Positions 1 through 10,765 of a stretch of DNA of 64,000 nucleotides are shown piece by piece. Position 1 is the stretch's first letter, and each line of letters opens with the position of its first letter. This DNA is from Mantamonas sphyraenae STR306 (lineage: Eukaryota > Protista > CRuMs), in NCBI GenBank assembly GCA_026936335.1, contig JAPMXV010000032.1:62001-126000 (forward strand), given 5' to 3'. Under the pieces are notes generated by a model, which was not told the origin of the DNA, did no database searches, and saw only the letters and a list, made by a program, of their open reading frames with translations. The position numbers and the translations under genes are program-made.

Positions 1-1359
1 TCGGCAGGACTGTTTTGGTTCCTGTCGGACGTGGCCCACGCCAATGTGTGCACGAGTGTCATAATGCCACTGTGTACGCTACATCCATCCAACGAACAGG
101 TTCTGAGTGCGCTTGTTTCGTGCGTGCGCGCTGCCTTCCTTCCGGAACGAATGCTGCTCACGTCGAACGTGCTGGCAGGATGTTCCGCGGCCTCGCGGGA
201 CAACCCACGCCCGCTGTCGTCGTCAAACATGTCGCCACGCCGAAGCGTGTCCGGTGCAGTTTCCACTTCGCCTCGTGCGTATTCGAGCAACGAAGCCGGA
301 TCGTCATCTTCGTCGTCCACGTCGGCATCCAGTGGACGCAGCAGGTCGTTGCTGTCCGCATTTGGCGGGAATGGTGGCAGCAATAGTGGCGGTGGTACAG
401 GGAGCAGCGGGGTGTCCGAGAGCAAGATGGGGGCGTACACTCTGGAGGTGCCTTTGCGCCACTCTGGCAGCACGCTGCTGCCGAGGTGGCACCCAGAGTC
501 TGCACTGATGGAGCGAATGAGGCAATTGGTGATGCAAGTGGTGATGCAAAGTTCTGCCGAAATGGCTCTGGGTGTGGTGAGTGTGCTCAGCGACAGTGTC
601 GTGCTGGATGGGCAAACGATGACGGAATTGATGGAAGAGGCCATGCTGCTGTACCTGCGCAGCATGAGCGAAGTGGAGGACGAATGGCCGCGACAGGCAC
701 TGTGTGACAGCTTGGCCCGATCCAAGCGAGCACATTCGGACGAGCTGGAGCTTCTGGCCGAATTGAGTGTGATCAACCGCACGCCTGTGGTGCTGGCCGT
801 GTGTATGGCTGTGATGCGCAAACAGACCTCCCACGAGAATCTGCTTGCGATGTTGATGACGCTGGCGTCCAATGCAGAGGGCAATGCGGCGAAGCACAGG
901 CAGGAGGACATGGCCATGTGCTGGTTTGTTGCGCTGGAAGAACTTGCAGCCAGCAGCGATGCAGCGCTGCGCCGTGCGTTTGGAGCGGTAGGTGCGTTGC
1001 GCATGCGACTGCTCCAGCTCACTGAAGGGCTGGCACAGGGGACACGCAGTCTCAAGGCGTACAACAAGGCAAACAAGGCTCCCAAGCTGGAACAAGCTGG
1101 ATCCTGGGGTCTGCGGCTTGCCGCAGGAGCATGTTTGGTGTACTTGGAGCGTCTGTGTGGCAGTGACGAGACAGAGGCGCTCTTGGATGCATTGGTGGCC
1201 ATGAGCAGCAAGGCGGGCGGAGTTGCGGCCGAGTTTGCTCAGGAAGCGCCGGGCATCTCTGCCACCCTGTTTGAGGTGCCCGATCTGGAGCAGCTGCTGG
1301 CTGCACGTCTTTTGCCCATCTTTGTTGAGCTGGGTGGGTTCGTGGCAAGGAGTGGGTAG
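1..1359 (+). CDS. 5'-partial hypothetical alpha-helical (ARM/HEAT-like) protein with Ser/Gly-rich segment
   Basis: Frame is open from base 1 to TAG at 1357-1359; Leu/Ala-rich helical composition; no family motif recognised. May be spliced to the downstream Rab-like exons. Confidence 0.6.
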   Translation, partial: SAGLFWFLSDVAHANVCTSVIMPLCTLHPSNEQVLSALVSCVRAAFLPERMLLTSNVLAGCSAASRDNPRPLSSSNMSPRRSVSGAVSTSPRAYSSNEAGSSSSSSTSASSGRSRSLLSAFGGNGGSNSGGGTGSSGVSESKMGAYTLEVPLRHSGSTLLPRWHPESALMERMRQLVMQVVMQSSAEMALGVVSVLSDSVVLDGQTMTELMEEAMLLYLRSMSEVEDEWPRQALCDSLARSKRAHSDELELLAELSVINRTPVVLAVCMAVMRKQTSHENLLAMLMTLASNAEGNAAKHRQEDMAMCWFVALEELAASSDAALRRAFGAVGALRMRLLQLTEGLAQGTRSLKAYNKANKAPKLEQAGSWGLRLAAGACLVYLERLCGSDETEALLDALVAMSSKAGGVAAEFAQEAPGISATLFEVPDLEQLLAARLLPIFVELGGFVARSG

Positions 1360-1469
1360 CAGCGCGCACGGCTGAAAGAAAACAAAGGGAATGGTTGGTT
1401 TGTGTCTTGTTGGATGGTTTGTCTGGTTGCATTGCTGCCGCTCACACCAACGCTCCCACACATGAGCAG

Positions 1470-2603
1470 TCGGGTGCACAGGAAGACTTGTACCACTTTG
1501 CATTCAAGGTTGTTGTGGTGGGCGACACTGGCGTTGGCAAGTCGAGTCTAGTCCTGCGGCAAACGGGCAGCATGGGGGCACAAAACGACGAGCATGGCTC
1601 AACTTCGTCGTCGTCGTCGTTCTCATCCTCATCAGGAAAACAGGGAGGCCGCAAAGGAGTCGTGGGAATCAACTTCAAGGTGAGAGGGGGGTGGGGAGCA
1701 GTGTCGAGTAACGGCGAAATCGCCGTCTCGGGTTGCTGGTGTTGGAAGAGACATACCCTGACACAGGTGGGCTTCGGAACGACGTGGAATGGGTGTGTGC
1801 AGACGGCGTTGTATGTGGCAAAGCCACGAATCTACCAGGTGCAGCTGTGGGACGCACCGGGCGCGGAGCGGTACCTGAAGCTGACCAGCCGGTTTGCGGC
1901 GGGTGCAGCAGGTGCTGTGTTTGTGTATGACAGTGAGTTAGAGGCCAGAAGACACAAGAAAGCAAACAGAGTGTTTTATTCAAAGGGGGGGGGGGTTGGG
2001 ACGGGGAGTTGGAGGAGGAGGGGGAATGGGGGCAGATGGTGTGGCGACGGTGAGAGCGTCGTTGCTGACACACCGCGTTGGTCCTCAGTCAACAACAGGG
2101 TAACGTTTGAACATATCGAGGACTGGCTGACGGAGCTGGAAAAGAACCACACAGTGCAGGTGAAAATGCTGTTTGGGAACAAGACGGACCAGAGGAGCAA
2201 CCTGCGGCAGGTGATGCCGCACGAAGCAGAGGCTCTGGCGGAGAAGCACGGAATGCTTGTGGCCGAAGGAAGTGCAGAAAACATGATGGATCACGCAGTG
2301 GAGGATGCGTTTGACGAACTGATGACCAGTGTGATCAGTAGCATGCCCAGCAACGGGGACATGTCGCAGCTGCTGGAACGCGGCATCAAGCTTGGAAAGC
2401 TGTCCTCAGAAGATCCCCAGTATCTGATGGGCGTGTATGGAGACGCATTGGGCGGGAGCAAGGAAGACAAAGATGGCAACGATGGTGCCGAGGGTGAAGG
2501 TAATCAGCTGTTAAAGCCAAAGCAGGGGCGGGGATCGCTGGCGTACAAGGACGAAGAGGATGAGGATACCACCACCAAAGTGGACTGGATGGACAAAGAG
2601 TGA
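1470..2603 (+). CDS. Atypical Rab-like small GTPase (spliced; 5' end uncertain)
   Basis: G1 GDTGVGKSS, G3 WDAPGAERY, G4 GNKTD, G5 EGSA. Introns 1680-1802 (gtgaga..cag) and 1933-2088 (gtgagt..cag) restore a continuous Rab fold. No C-terminal prenylation cysteines. Confidence 0.8.
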   Translation, partial: SGAQEDLYHFAFKVVVVGDTGVGKSSLVLRQTGSMGAQNDEHGSTSSSSSFSSSSGKQGGRKGVVGINFKVRGGWGAVSSNGEIAVSGCWCWKRHTLTQVGFGTTWNGCVQTALYVAKPRIYQVQLWDAPGAERYLKLTSRFAAGAAGAVFVYDSELEARRHKKANRVFYSKGGGVGTGSWRRRGNGGRWCGDGESVVADTPRWSSVNNRVTFEHIEDWLTELEKNHTVQVKMLFGNKTDQRSNLRQVMPHEAEALAEKHGMLVAEGSAENMMDHAVEDAFDELMTSVISSMPSNGDMSQLLERGIKLGKLSSEDPQYLMGVYGDALGGSKEDKDGNDGAEGEGNQLLKPKQGRGSLAYKDEEDEDTTTKVDWMDKE

Positions 2604-2686
2604 CTGTGCAACTTGGCAGCAGGGAGAATGAGCAATGAAAGTCCCTTCCCCCCCCACACGCGCAGCCAACGGAAACACTCTGGCGA

Positions 2687-3787
2687 ATGAGCAGCAGCAA
2701 GAACAGCAACGATGACGATGTTGTCCGTGTGCTGAACATCCAATCACACGTAGTCAGTGGCTACGTAGGAAACAAAGCGTCCACGTTTCCATTGCAGCTG
2801 CATGGGATGGATGTGGACCCCATCAACACCGTGCACTTCAGTAATCACACACAGTACGAGCGAGTGGCTGGGAAGCGTCTTGATGGCGATGCGTTGCTGG
2901 AAATCATCGACGCGCTCGACAGCAATGGCTTGCTGGCACAAGACGTGGTGATGACTGGTTATATCGGCTCCGAGAGCTTCCTGGCCGCTGTGGTGACTGC
3001 TGTGGATCGGATCAAAAGCAACAACGCGTCGACGCGCTTTGTATGTGACCCTGTTCTCGGAGACCACGGCAAGCTGTATGTACCGCAGGAACTAGTGCAT
3101 TTGTACCAGACCTCTGTGTTGCAACATGCGCACATGGTCACACCAAACCAGTTTGAGGCCGAGTAAGTTGCCCCTGTGAGACGCGCCACTTTCCGGCCAG
3201 CTCACACAGGAACGGTGGGCCACATGCAACCCAGGACGTTGCTGGAATGCAGTTTGCGGACTGAAGAGGATGTCCTGGACGCCATGCAATTGTTCCACTC
3301 TCGCTACGGCGTCCCGTACGTGTTTATCACCTCGGTGCAGCTGGAGGGCGGCGACGACACAGAAATGCTGTTCTACGGAAGTTGGATGGCCAAGGACGCG
3401 GAAGACAACGATGGCGACGCCCAAGTGTGCAAAGTGAGCATTCCTATGCTGCAAGGCAAGTTTACAGGCACAGGGGATTTGCTGGCTGCTCTTCTTGTAG
3501 CGCGGCTTTTCGGGCCAATTCGAGGCAAGGAACGCCAAGACGTCGGCCACATCTGCCTCGACGCTCTCAGTTCCATTCATGCCATCCTGTGCGACACAAA
3601 GGCCCATTTTGAGGCGTCTGGCGGAAAACGAGTACGTGACCGCGAGCTGCGCCTCATCCAGAATGCCAGCGTATTGCTGGAGGCACCACAGGATTGTGGG
3701 TTGTGTCTGCATCGATTGGGACAAGACGGACAGTGGGAGGAGGACAACCGGAAAGGGGTGAAGGCCGACGTCGTTTATTCCGGTTGA
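2687..3787 (+). CDS. PDXK: Pyridoxal kinase
   Basis: IQSHVVSGYVGNK, SNHT, VCDPVLGD, TPNQFEAE and FTGTGDL motifs; intron 3163-3234 (gtaagt..cag) joins the two ORFs in frame. Confidence 0.95.
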
Positions 3788-5510
3788 ATGTACAATCCAT
3801 CGGCTGCGTTGAAGGTCCTACCTGCCACCAACTGCTCCAGACCTTCTCCTTTGTACGACACAAGCGGAGAAATCTCCACGAGGCCGTCGCCATCGACGCT
3901 TCCGCCAGCCGCAACAATCCAGGAGCGGTGGAGGGCGTTGATGTCCTTGCGGCACGTCTCGGGCGACGAGTCACCCTCGGCATTCTTCAGTGGACTAAAG
4001 TCAGACTCACGGTCGGTGTCGAAGCTTGCAAAGGCGTTGGCAAAGGGAAAGGTGTCAAAGACAAACAGCTCCAGCTTGACCTGGTCCTTGGTGTCTGGCT
4101 TGTAGGTGTTGCCCTGCTCGTCGACCTGCTTGACAGCCTTCTTGGCCACGTGGTAGGCCAGCTCCGAGAGCCATTGGTTGGCGCTGTTGTTGAGAAAGTC
4201 GTAAGTGCAGTAGAGGTTGCAAATGAAGGCGCCGCGAAAGACAAGGCGGCCTGCATCGTCACGCAACTGTGCGTTCTCGTCACTCAACTCGCTGTACTCG
4301 ATGATCTGAGCGCTGCCGTTCTTCATGCCGAGCACGCCGACGCTTTCGGCGGGGTCCTCCTTGATCACGCTCTTGACCGCGCAGTCGCTGCCCTTGCTGG
4401 AGCAGAAGCCGACAAAGACAGGGTCGCAGATGGTGGTGAGGATGTTGTCGACGCCAAACACATGAGCTGCCTCGATGCCCCGCTTGGACATGTCGTCCAG
4501 GACGCCGCCGCTCTTGAGAGAGCGGTAGAGGCCCCCGTTGCCCTCGGGTGCACGTGCAAGCATGCTGGGCGTCTCCAGAATCAGCTTGCCGTCCTTCTGG
4601 AAGCAGGGCAGCATCTCCTGCACAAAGAACATGACCTGCTCGCGCTGCAGGCAGAAAAAGTCGTTCTCCTCAAAAAAGCTGACGGTGTCGTCGTTGGTGG
4701 CGCCCGACGTCATGATGTACCACATGATCTGTGCGTCCTCCTTCCCCGATTGGGCGTTGGCCAGAAGCTCCACCTTGCGAATGCGTTCGGCGTGGAGCTG
4801 GAAGAGGGTCTTGCCCGAGGGCAGGCCGACGTCGAAGCAGCCCTTTGGTTTGCTGGAGCCCAGACGTGTGCCTGTACCACACGTGATGTGGGTGCATTCG
4901 CGTGTGTGAGTGTATGTGTGTGTGCGTGTGTACCTGGAAGCCCCAGAGTGCAGCCTGGAGGTTTGAACGCCGGCGTGTGGGTTGGTTCACGCAAGAGGGA
5001 AAGAACCTGACGGCTGACACCGACGTTGATCGAGCGCCGAGAACAGCTCGGCAGAATAACGGCTGGGGATCGCTCCTTGGTTTGGGCGTTACCTACCTTG
5101 GCCACCAGCGAGCAGGATGGCACACAGCTTGCCCGAGGCCACAAGATCGAGCCCTGTAGACACGTACACCTCGGTGTCGTGCGCGGAGAGGTCCTTCTCC
5201 ACCGTGCTGTTTCCGTCAAAAGCTTCGATGGACGCTTCTCCGGCCTCCTCGTTTGCTGTGTGCACGCACGGCGTCAGTACACATCAATCGGCAGGCAGCA
5301 GGCGATGAACCACCCCCTTGCCCAACCAACCACCTGTCACATACACTTCATGGCCTTCTCAAAAATAGCCTGCAGGTAAACCAGATCGCAGTTTTGCAGA
5401 TCCGCTTCCAGCGAGGCCTTCTGCTCGTCATCCAGGCTGTCCCAGAAGGTGTAAACGTGGCCTTGGCCTGCCGCATTGAATGCGTCGCGCATGGTGTTGT
5501 TGCTGCTCAT
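3775..5510 (-). CDS. UAP1: UDP-N-acetylglucosamine pyrophosphorylase
   Basis: LLAGGQGTRLG..PKG, WYIMTS, PEGNGG, VDN, EYSE, KLELFVFD, FSPLKNA, EISPLVSY motifs. Exons approx. 5510-5345, 5255-5097, 4871-3775. Confidence 0.95.
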
Positions 5511-5606
5511 GGTGTTGGTGATGGGAAAATACTTGTGGCGGCACCAGCGTCACGGGCGCCACACTTTTCTTCCCCTTCCCTTCATTCTCTCCTCTCACCG
5601 TTGACA

Positions 5607-7063
5607 ATGACCTCCATGGTTTCTCATGTCAACTCACTGTGGCACGACGTCCACTCGCTGGTTGTGACATTCATGGTGTGGTTTTGGTCATGGATGTATC
5701 CTGTGCCGCGCTCGGGTTCCAGCGGCCGCGGAAATCAGGGCTTTTCTTACGCCAAGCTGATGCCCGCTAGCGCGTCGGCTATGCTGTTCGGCACCAAGCC
5801 ACGCGAAGGAAGCGCCAGCCAGCAGGGCGCCGTGGACATTGACAGCCACGACGACCACGCGTGTGCATGTGGCCACGGGAATTGTGCCCACCACGTGGAC
5901 GGGGACCGCGATTGGGTGGAGCTGGAGCACAACCCTCACTGCCAGCAGGCAGCGCAGGCCTTGGAAGGCAAGCATTTCACACGATTGCTTACCGACCAGG
6001 CGCCTCGCCGCGCCTACCATCGTCGCAAAGGTGAACTCAAGACGGTGCTACACTGGGGTCAGCGCAAGCTGCTGGTTGCGGAATTGGAGTTTCTTACTCG
6101 GTACGCACAGCCAGGCATGCTTGTGCTGTACGCTGGCGCTGCCCCGGGCAAGCATATGGAAGTGTTGCAGGCTTTGTTCCCGCAGCTTTCGTTCTGCCTG
6201 GTCGATCCCAAGCGCTTTTCCTGCGAACCAACGTCGCGCATGACGCTTCGCAACGAACTCTTCACGGACGACGTGGCGCGCGAGTTTGCAGGCCGCAACG
6301 ACGTCCTGTTTATGTCCGACATCCGCACGGCCTCACACCTGACCATGAGCCCTTCCCAGATCGAGGAGTATGTGCAGCGCGACATGGAGGACCAGCAGCG
6401 CTGGTTCCACATCCTGCAGCCGGTCAAGGCCATGCTCAAGTTCCGCCTTCCCTATGGCGACCGCAAGTACGAGTATCTCGATGGCGAGGTCTTTTTGCCT
6501 GTGTGGGGACCGCAGACCACCACCGAAACACGTCTGGTGCCCTATGGCACGGGCACGCGCGTGTGGGACTGCCAAAAGTACGAAGAGCAGGCGTTCTACT
6601 TCAACACCGTCACTCGCACCCTGTCCTACTCGCACTCGTTGGCCCACCCAGGCTTTGCGCACACCGTTTCTGGCCGTGGCCTCGACCACTGCTTCGACTG
6701 CGTGTCGGAGATTGCTGTTCTCGCTGATTATATGCGTCGCAACTGGACCACCATGCTCATGTACGCCGCTGCAAATGCCCCAGACTCTCTGTTTGCGCGC
6801 CATGACAGCCCAGGATTGGACAACGCCACCGCAGAGTCGTCGTCTGCGGCTGCGAGGGCCGCCGTCCCTCAATCGCCGTCCGCACGGCTTCTCGACCTCA
6901 TGGCTGCCTACCCACAGCCTGAAGCAGGCCTTATGATGAAGATGGTGTCCATGATGACGACAACTTTCGACCAGGTGCTCACCCACGGCCAACGCAGCCT
7001 GGCAGATCCCCAACCCGACGGCGCCGTCCTCCGCAAGTTTCTGGAGCGAGAGACCCCGGTCGT

Positions 7064-7107
<44 letters not shown>

Positions 7108-7595
7108 TTGGCGTCGGCAGCAGCAACAACAGCAGCGGCAACAACAGCAGCGGCAGCGGCAGCAGCACCCACAACCGATCCAATCGAGGGCGAGGTTGTG
7201 GCCGTGCGCAGCCGCATCGTCGACGTCTGCCCAGCAGCGGCGATAGCAGCAACTCTGCTGCAGGTGTGGATGACCACAGCAGCAACATCTCCGGTACGAC
7301 CATTGGCAGCGGTGCAGTTGGCACTCTCGGCAACACAGCGTCCACAGACGACGACTGGCGCTCCGCACTTGCACTGCGCAACAGGAAGCATCCCAATGCC
7401 TGGCAAAACACACAAAACACCACGTTTGACCAGGCTCTGGCTCCCATCGGCACCCCACCGCCTTCTCAACGCGAGGAAACCGACTCGACCAATTCGGGAG
7501 GATTCAAAAAGACACGTCGCGGCAGACGTGGAGGCAAACGAGCACGGAAAGCCCGGGAGGCTGCTGTGCGTGCCGCGACAACAACGAATGCATGA
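5607..7595 (+). CDS. Cap-specific mRNA (nucleoside-2'-O-)-methyltransferase, poxvirus VP39 / poly(A) polymerase regulatory subunit-like
   Basis: HWGQRKLLVAELEFL, LYAGAAPGKH, VDP, FMSDIR, KFRLP, PVWGPQTTTETRL give the K-D-K-E tetrad layout of the VP39 family. Apparently intronless; long Ser-rich and basic C-terminal tail. Confidence 0.85.
7063..7103 (+). repeat. (AGC)n trinucleotide repeat encoding poly-Ser
   Basis: About 13 tandem AGC units inside the methyltransferase tail. Confidence 0.9.
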
Positions 7596-7642
7596 TCCGT
7601 GATGTGATTCATTCTTGTTATATGTGTATCCTTCTTGAGAGC

Positions 7643-10600
7643 TCATTTGCCCTTCTTGCCTTTCTTGCACGCTCGCCCGTGGCCTGCTCTCCACGCTCGC
7701 TGTGCACAATCTTTGCGGCAGTACCACTCGCGACCACATCCACCACACGCCATCAGCTTTCCTTCGCCACACCCGCACCACCCGCACACTCTAGCTCGCG
7801 TTGCCGACGCTTCTACAAGCTCTTCGGGCGACGTGCGCGGATTCTCCAGATCGTCCACACTCGCCAACAGCTGCCCCTGCTCCCACTCACTCAGGCGACT
7901 CCACTCGAAAACGAAACGCTGAGCACAAGACATGCCTCTCCAGCTCATGCACGCTTGCTTGAACGACTCCTGTCCTCGCAGCTCCATCCATGTGCACGCA
8001 AACGTGGCAAACGCACTCTGAGCACGGAACCCCTGCAACAATTCTGCCAGATCCTCGCGTGCTGCCATGCGAACCACACACATGAGTGCATGAAGCTCCA
8101 TCTCGTCGCTTGGCAGCGCATTGATCGTCGAATGTGCCAGTGCATCCACATGACACGGCAGCCGCCCATCCATTACCGGCAGCACAAACAGCCGCAGCAC
8201 CTCGTGCACAACCTCTGCATCCAATGAATCTGCCCAACACGCACCTTCCACGCCGCCCAAGTACTGAGCACTCACCAGGCCGTACCGAATAAAGTTATCG
8301 CGCAGAAACAACTGTGCTGCCTCTCTCGCTCCGCCTACCTCAACCATAAGTTGTGCAAGCACCTCTGCCACCTCACGGCCCGGACCTTGTCCGTCATTCG
8401 CTCCTGCGGAGCCACTGCTCTCCTCCTCTCCCCGTTGCACTATCATCATGAGCACCGTGGCCACCATCCCGCTGATGGGATTGCCAAACACGCCCAGCGA
8501 TGCCTTGCTCTGCTCGGAAGCATATCGTCGCAGCAGTTCACGCAGCAACTGACGTCGAAGGCCAATATCCACATGCTGAACGTCTGCAAGCAATACGCGC
8601 AACAGCACGCCACACACCAGCTCCTGCACCATCGAGTCACTGCGGTCAAGCATCACCATGCGGTTTTTGCGCTGCCACTCTGTCGGAACTGCCTGTGCAC
8701 CCACCAACTCGCGCATGCTCACGTTGCTGCTGGCCACCAGCGGCTCCACGTACACCTCGCACGGGAGCAGGTAGAACGTGCGCGCACCACGGGACAACTT
8801 GAATGTCCACTCGCGCGTCACCACCTCCAGGTCTGCCCCAAGCGGCTCGTCAAACAGCTCAATGCACTGGGCATCCAAACAGTGTGTTTCCAGCGCATGC
8901 TCGCTGGTCTCCGTCCTCCACTCCTCCCACACGAAGCGACCCAGCGCGCTCATCGAACAGACCAGTTTGCCCGTCGATGCGTCGATGCGCCTGTCTACAA
9001 GCAAATCCAGCGGAAGGTCCGAGCCCACCGCGCGCATCCGCGTCAGGACCTTCTCCAAGGACAACGCCGACGCTTGGTCGCTCCCGTCGCCACTGCTGGT
9101 GCCTGTTCCACTCCCAAAGTACAACTTCAGGCCCAGGTGCAGCTGTTGCAGGCTTTCACGCAGCACCTCTGGCTCTCGACTCTGCTCCAAACCTGCCAAC
9201 CCGGCCTCCACCAGCTTCTGTGCGTTCCACGAACCCAACTGCATCGCCCTGCTTCCCGCAAACGAACTCGTCGCCGCAATCATTCGCATGCGCAACTTGG
9301 CACACACAGTGTCCATGTACGTGGTGGTCCACATGCACTCTCTCTTGCCACTGGTGCATTCTCCCTGCACAAGTTTCGCCTGACAATCGTCCAGCAACTC
9401 CTCCAAAACCGTATGGAACAGCAGGCCCAGTGATGCCAGGCAGCGCAGCTCCTGCAAGCGCACGTCCACAGCGTCGGGTTGGATTTTGCGTGCCGCAAAG
9501 CAGTCCTGCGTGGCCAAGCGACATCCGCGCAACGCCATATCCCATTGCGGCACAGTTGTCCACTTGTGAGCCTGGCAAAGTTGCAGCAGCACCCATGAAC
9601 GCAACAGCAGCGCAGTTACAGCCTCATCTTGAGTGTGCTCGTCTTCACGTCCTTGTTCTCGCGCAAGCTCAACAGCACGTCCCAGCCACTGGTAACTTTG
9701 CACGTAAGCCGTCACGCGCGTTCGTGCCTCCTCCACGCTACGCGTCTCCAGCTTTCCCGCCAGGGAAGCTGCTTCTGAATTGCCTCCATCATGCAACAGC
9801 GCCACCGCTGTGCTCAGAGCATGCTGGGCTGTATCCACTTGCTCCAGCTCCGTTTGCGCCACGGTCACCTTGCTCACTTTGGCGACACCGCACATCGCGC
9901 ACAGCTGCTTCACACTCATTTCCGGGAGGAAATTGAACCAATAGAAGCCGCTGAGAAGGAGATCGTCCCTGCGCAGCCATCCCTGCCACCCGGACAGCGG
10001 CTGTTCACGCTGACCCGACGACGAGCTCGGCGACGGCGACTCGGAAGATGATGACCTCCCGTTCTCCAATCCCACCATGTTGTCGCCACGCATTGACTCC
10101 TCAGCCGCCTGCTTGCCGCCTCGCTTCTTGTGTCGCCCGGTGCGGGTGCGTGCCTTTGCTCCGCTCGTGTTTCCGCCCAGGACAATCGTTTGTACGCCGC
10201 CGCTTGCCTGCTTACCATTGGCTGCCACGTTGCCCAGCCGACGCATTGTCGTGCCAGGTTTGCCACTTTCATCCCCTTCCCCTTCCCCCGTTTCCTTCTG
10301 ATCCATGGTCGGCTCGTCGGAGTTCCCCGACAAAATGGCCTCTTGAACAGATCGTTCTTTTCGATCCGTGTCGTCCTTGCTTGACGGCGTGTCGCCATCC
10401 TCCACTGATTCGACGACCATGGACAACTTGGTCGCCGTGGCCCCGGCCTCGGGACTTGCATCTTCGTCTGCAAAGTCACTGCGGGCGTCGAAAAACTCGT
10501 CGTCGTCGTCGTCGCTGCTGCTGTGGTGGTCCAGTGCCAAATGGCTGGGCTGCATGTGCTCCACGTGCTCAAGATTGTTGTACAATGGATCGTGCCAAGT

Positions 10601-10738
10601 CTCCGAGTCAGACGGGCTACTCTGCGTGCTCACAGAGGCAGACGCAGCCTCGTCTCCATAGTTGCGGTTGTTATTCTCTTCGGGATTCAACGCCGCTGCC
10701 CAAAGCAGCGACGAGGACTGTTCCATGCCCTCTCTCAT
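7643..10738 (-). CDS. Large helical protein with C-terminal MYND-type zinc finger
   Basis: 1031-aa ORF; C-terminal CGWC...CGGC...YCRKDCAQRAW..GH...C matches the zf-MYND pattern; acidic disordered N-terminus. Confidence 0.8.
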   Translation of the reverse strand: MREGMEQSSSLLWAAALNPEENNNRNYGDEAASASVSTQSSPSDSETWHDPLYNNLEHVEHMQPSHLALDHHSSSDDDDDEFFDARSDFADEDASPEAGATATKLSMVVESVEDGDTPSSKDDTDRKERSVQEAILSGNSDEPTMDQKETGEGEGDESGKPGTTMRRLGNVAANGKQASGGVQTIVLGGNTSGAKARTRTGRHKKRGGKQAAEESMRGDNMVGLENGRSSSSESPSPSSSSGQREQPLSGWQGWLRRDDLLLSGFYWFNFLPEMSVKQLCAMCGVAKVSKVTVAQTELEQVDTAQHALSTAVALLHDGGNSEAASLAGKLETRSVEEARTRVTAYVQSYQWLGRAVELAREQGREDEHTQDEAVTALLLRSWVLLQLCQAHKWTTVPQWDMALRGCRLATQDCFAARKIQPDAVDVRLQELRCLASLGLLFHTVLEELLDDCQAKLVQGECTSGKRECMWTTTYMDTVCAKLRMRMIAATSSFAGSRAMQLGSWNAQKLVEAGLAGLEQSREPEVLRESLQQLHLGLKLYFGSGTGTSSGDGSDQASALSLEKVLTRMRAVGSDLPLDLLVDRRIDASTGKLVCSMSALGRFVWEEWRTETSEHALETHCLDAQCIELFDEPLGADLEVVTREWTFKLSRGARTFYLLPCEVYVEPLVASSNVSMRELVGAQAVPTEWQRKNRMVMLDRSDSMVQELVCGVLLRVLLADVQHVDIGLRRQLLRELLRRYASEQSKASLGVFGNPISGMVATVLMMIVQRGEEESSGSAGANDGQGPGREVAEVLAQLMVEVGGAREAAQLFLRDNFIRYGLVSAQYLGGVEGACWADSLDAEVVHEVLRLFVLPVMDGRLPCHVDALAHSTINALPSDEMELHALMCVVRMAAREDLAELLQGFRAQSAFATFACTWMELRGQESFKQACMSWRGMSCAQRFVFEWSRLSEWEQGQLLASVDDLENPRTSPEELVEASATRARVCGWCGCGEGKLMACGGCGREWYCRKDCAQRAWRAGHGRACKKGKKGK

Positions 10739-10765
10739 CAGCCCACACTCTTTGCTTCGTTTCTT

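Noticed and set aside
2687-5510. Metabolic gene cluster (PDXK, UAP1)
   Set aside because: No shared pathway; adjacency is explained by general compaction.
5607-7595. Endogenous giant virus insertion
   Set aside because: No other viral hallmark genes and no visible compositional shift; neighbours are intron-containing host genes.
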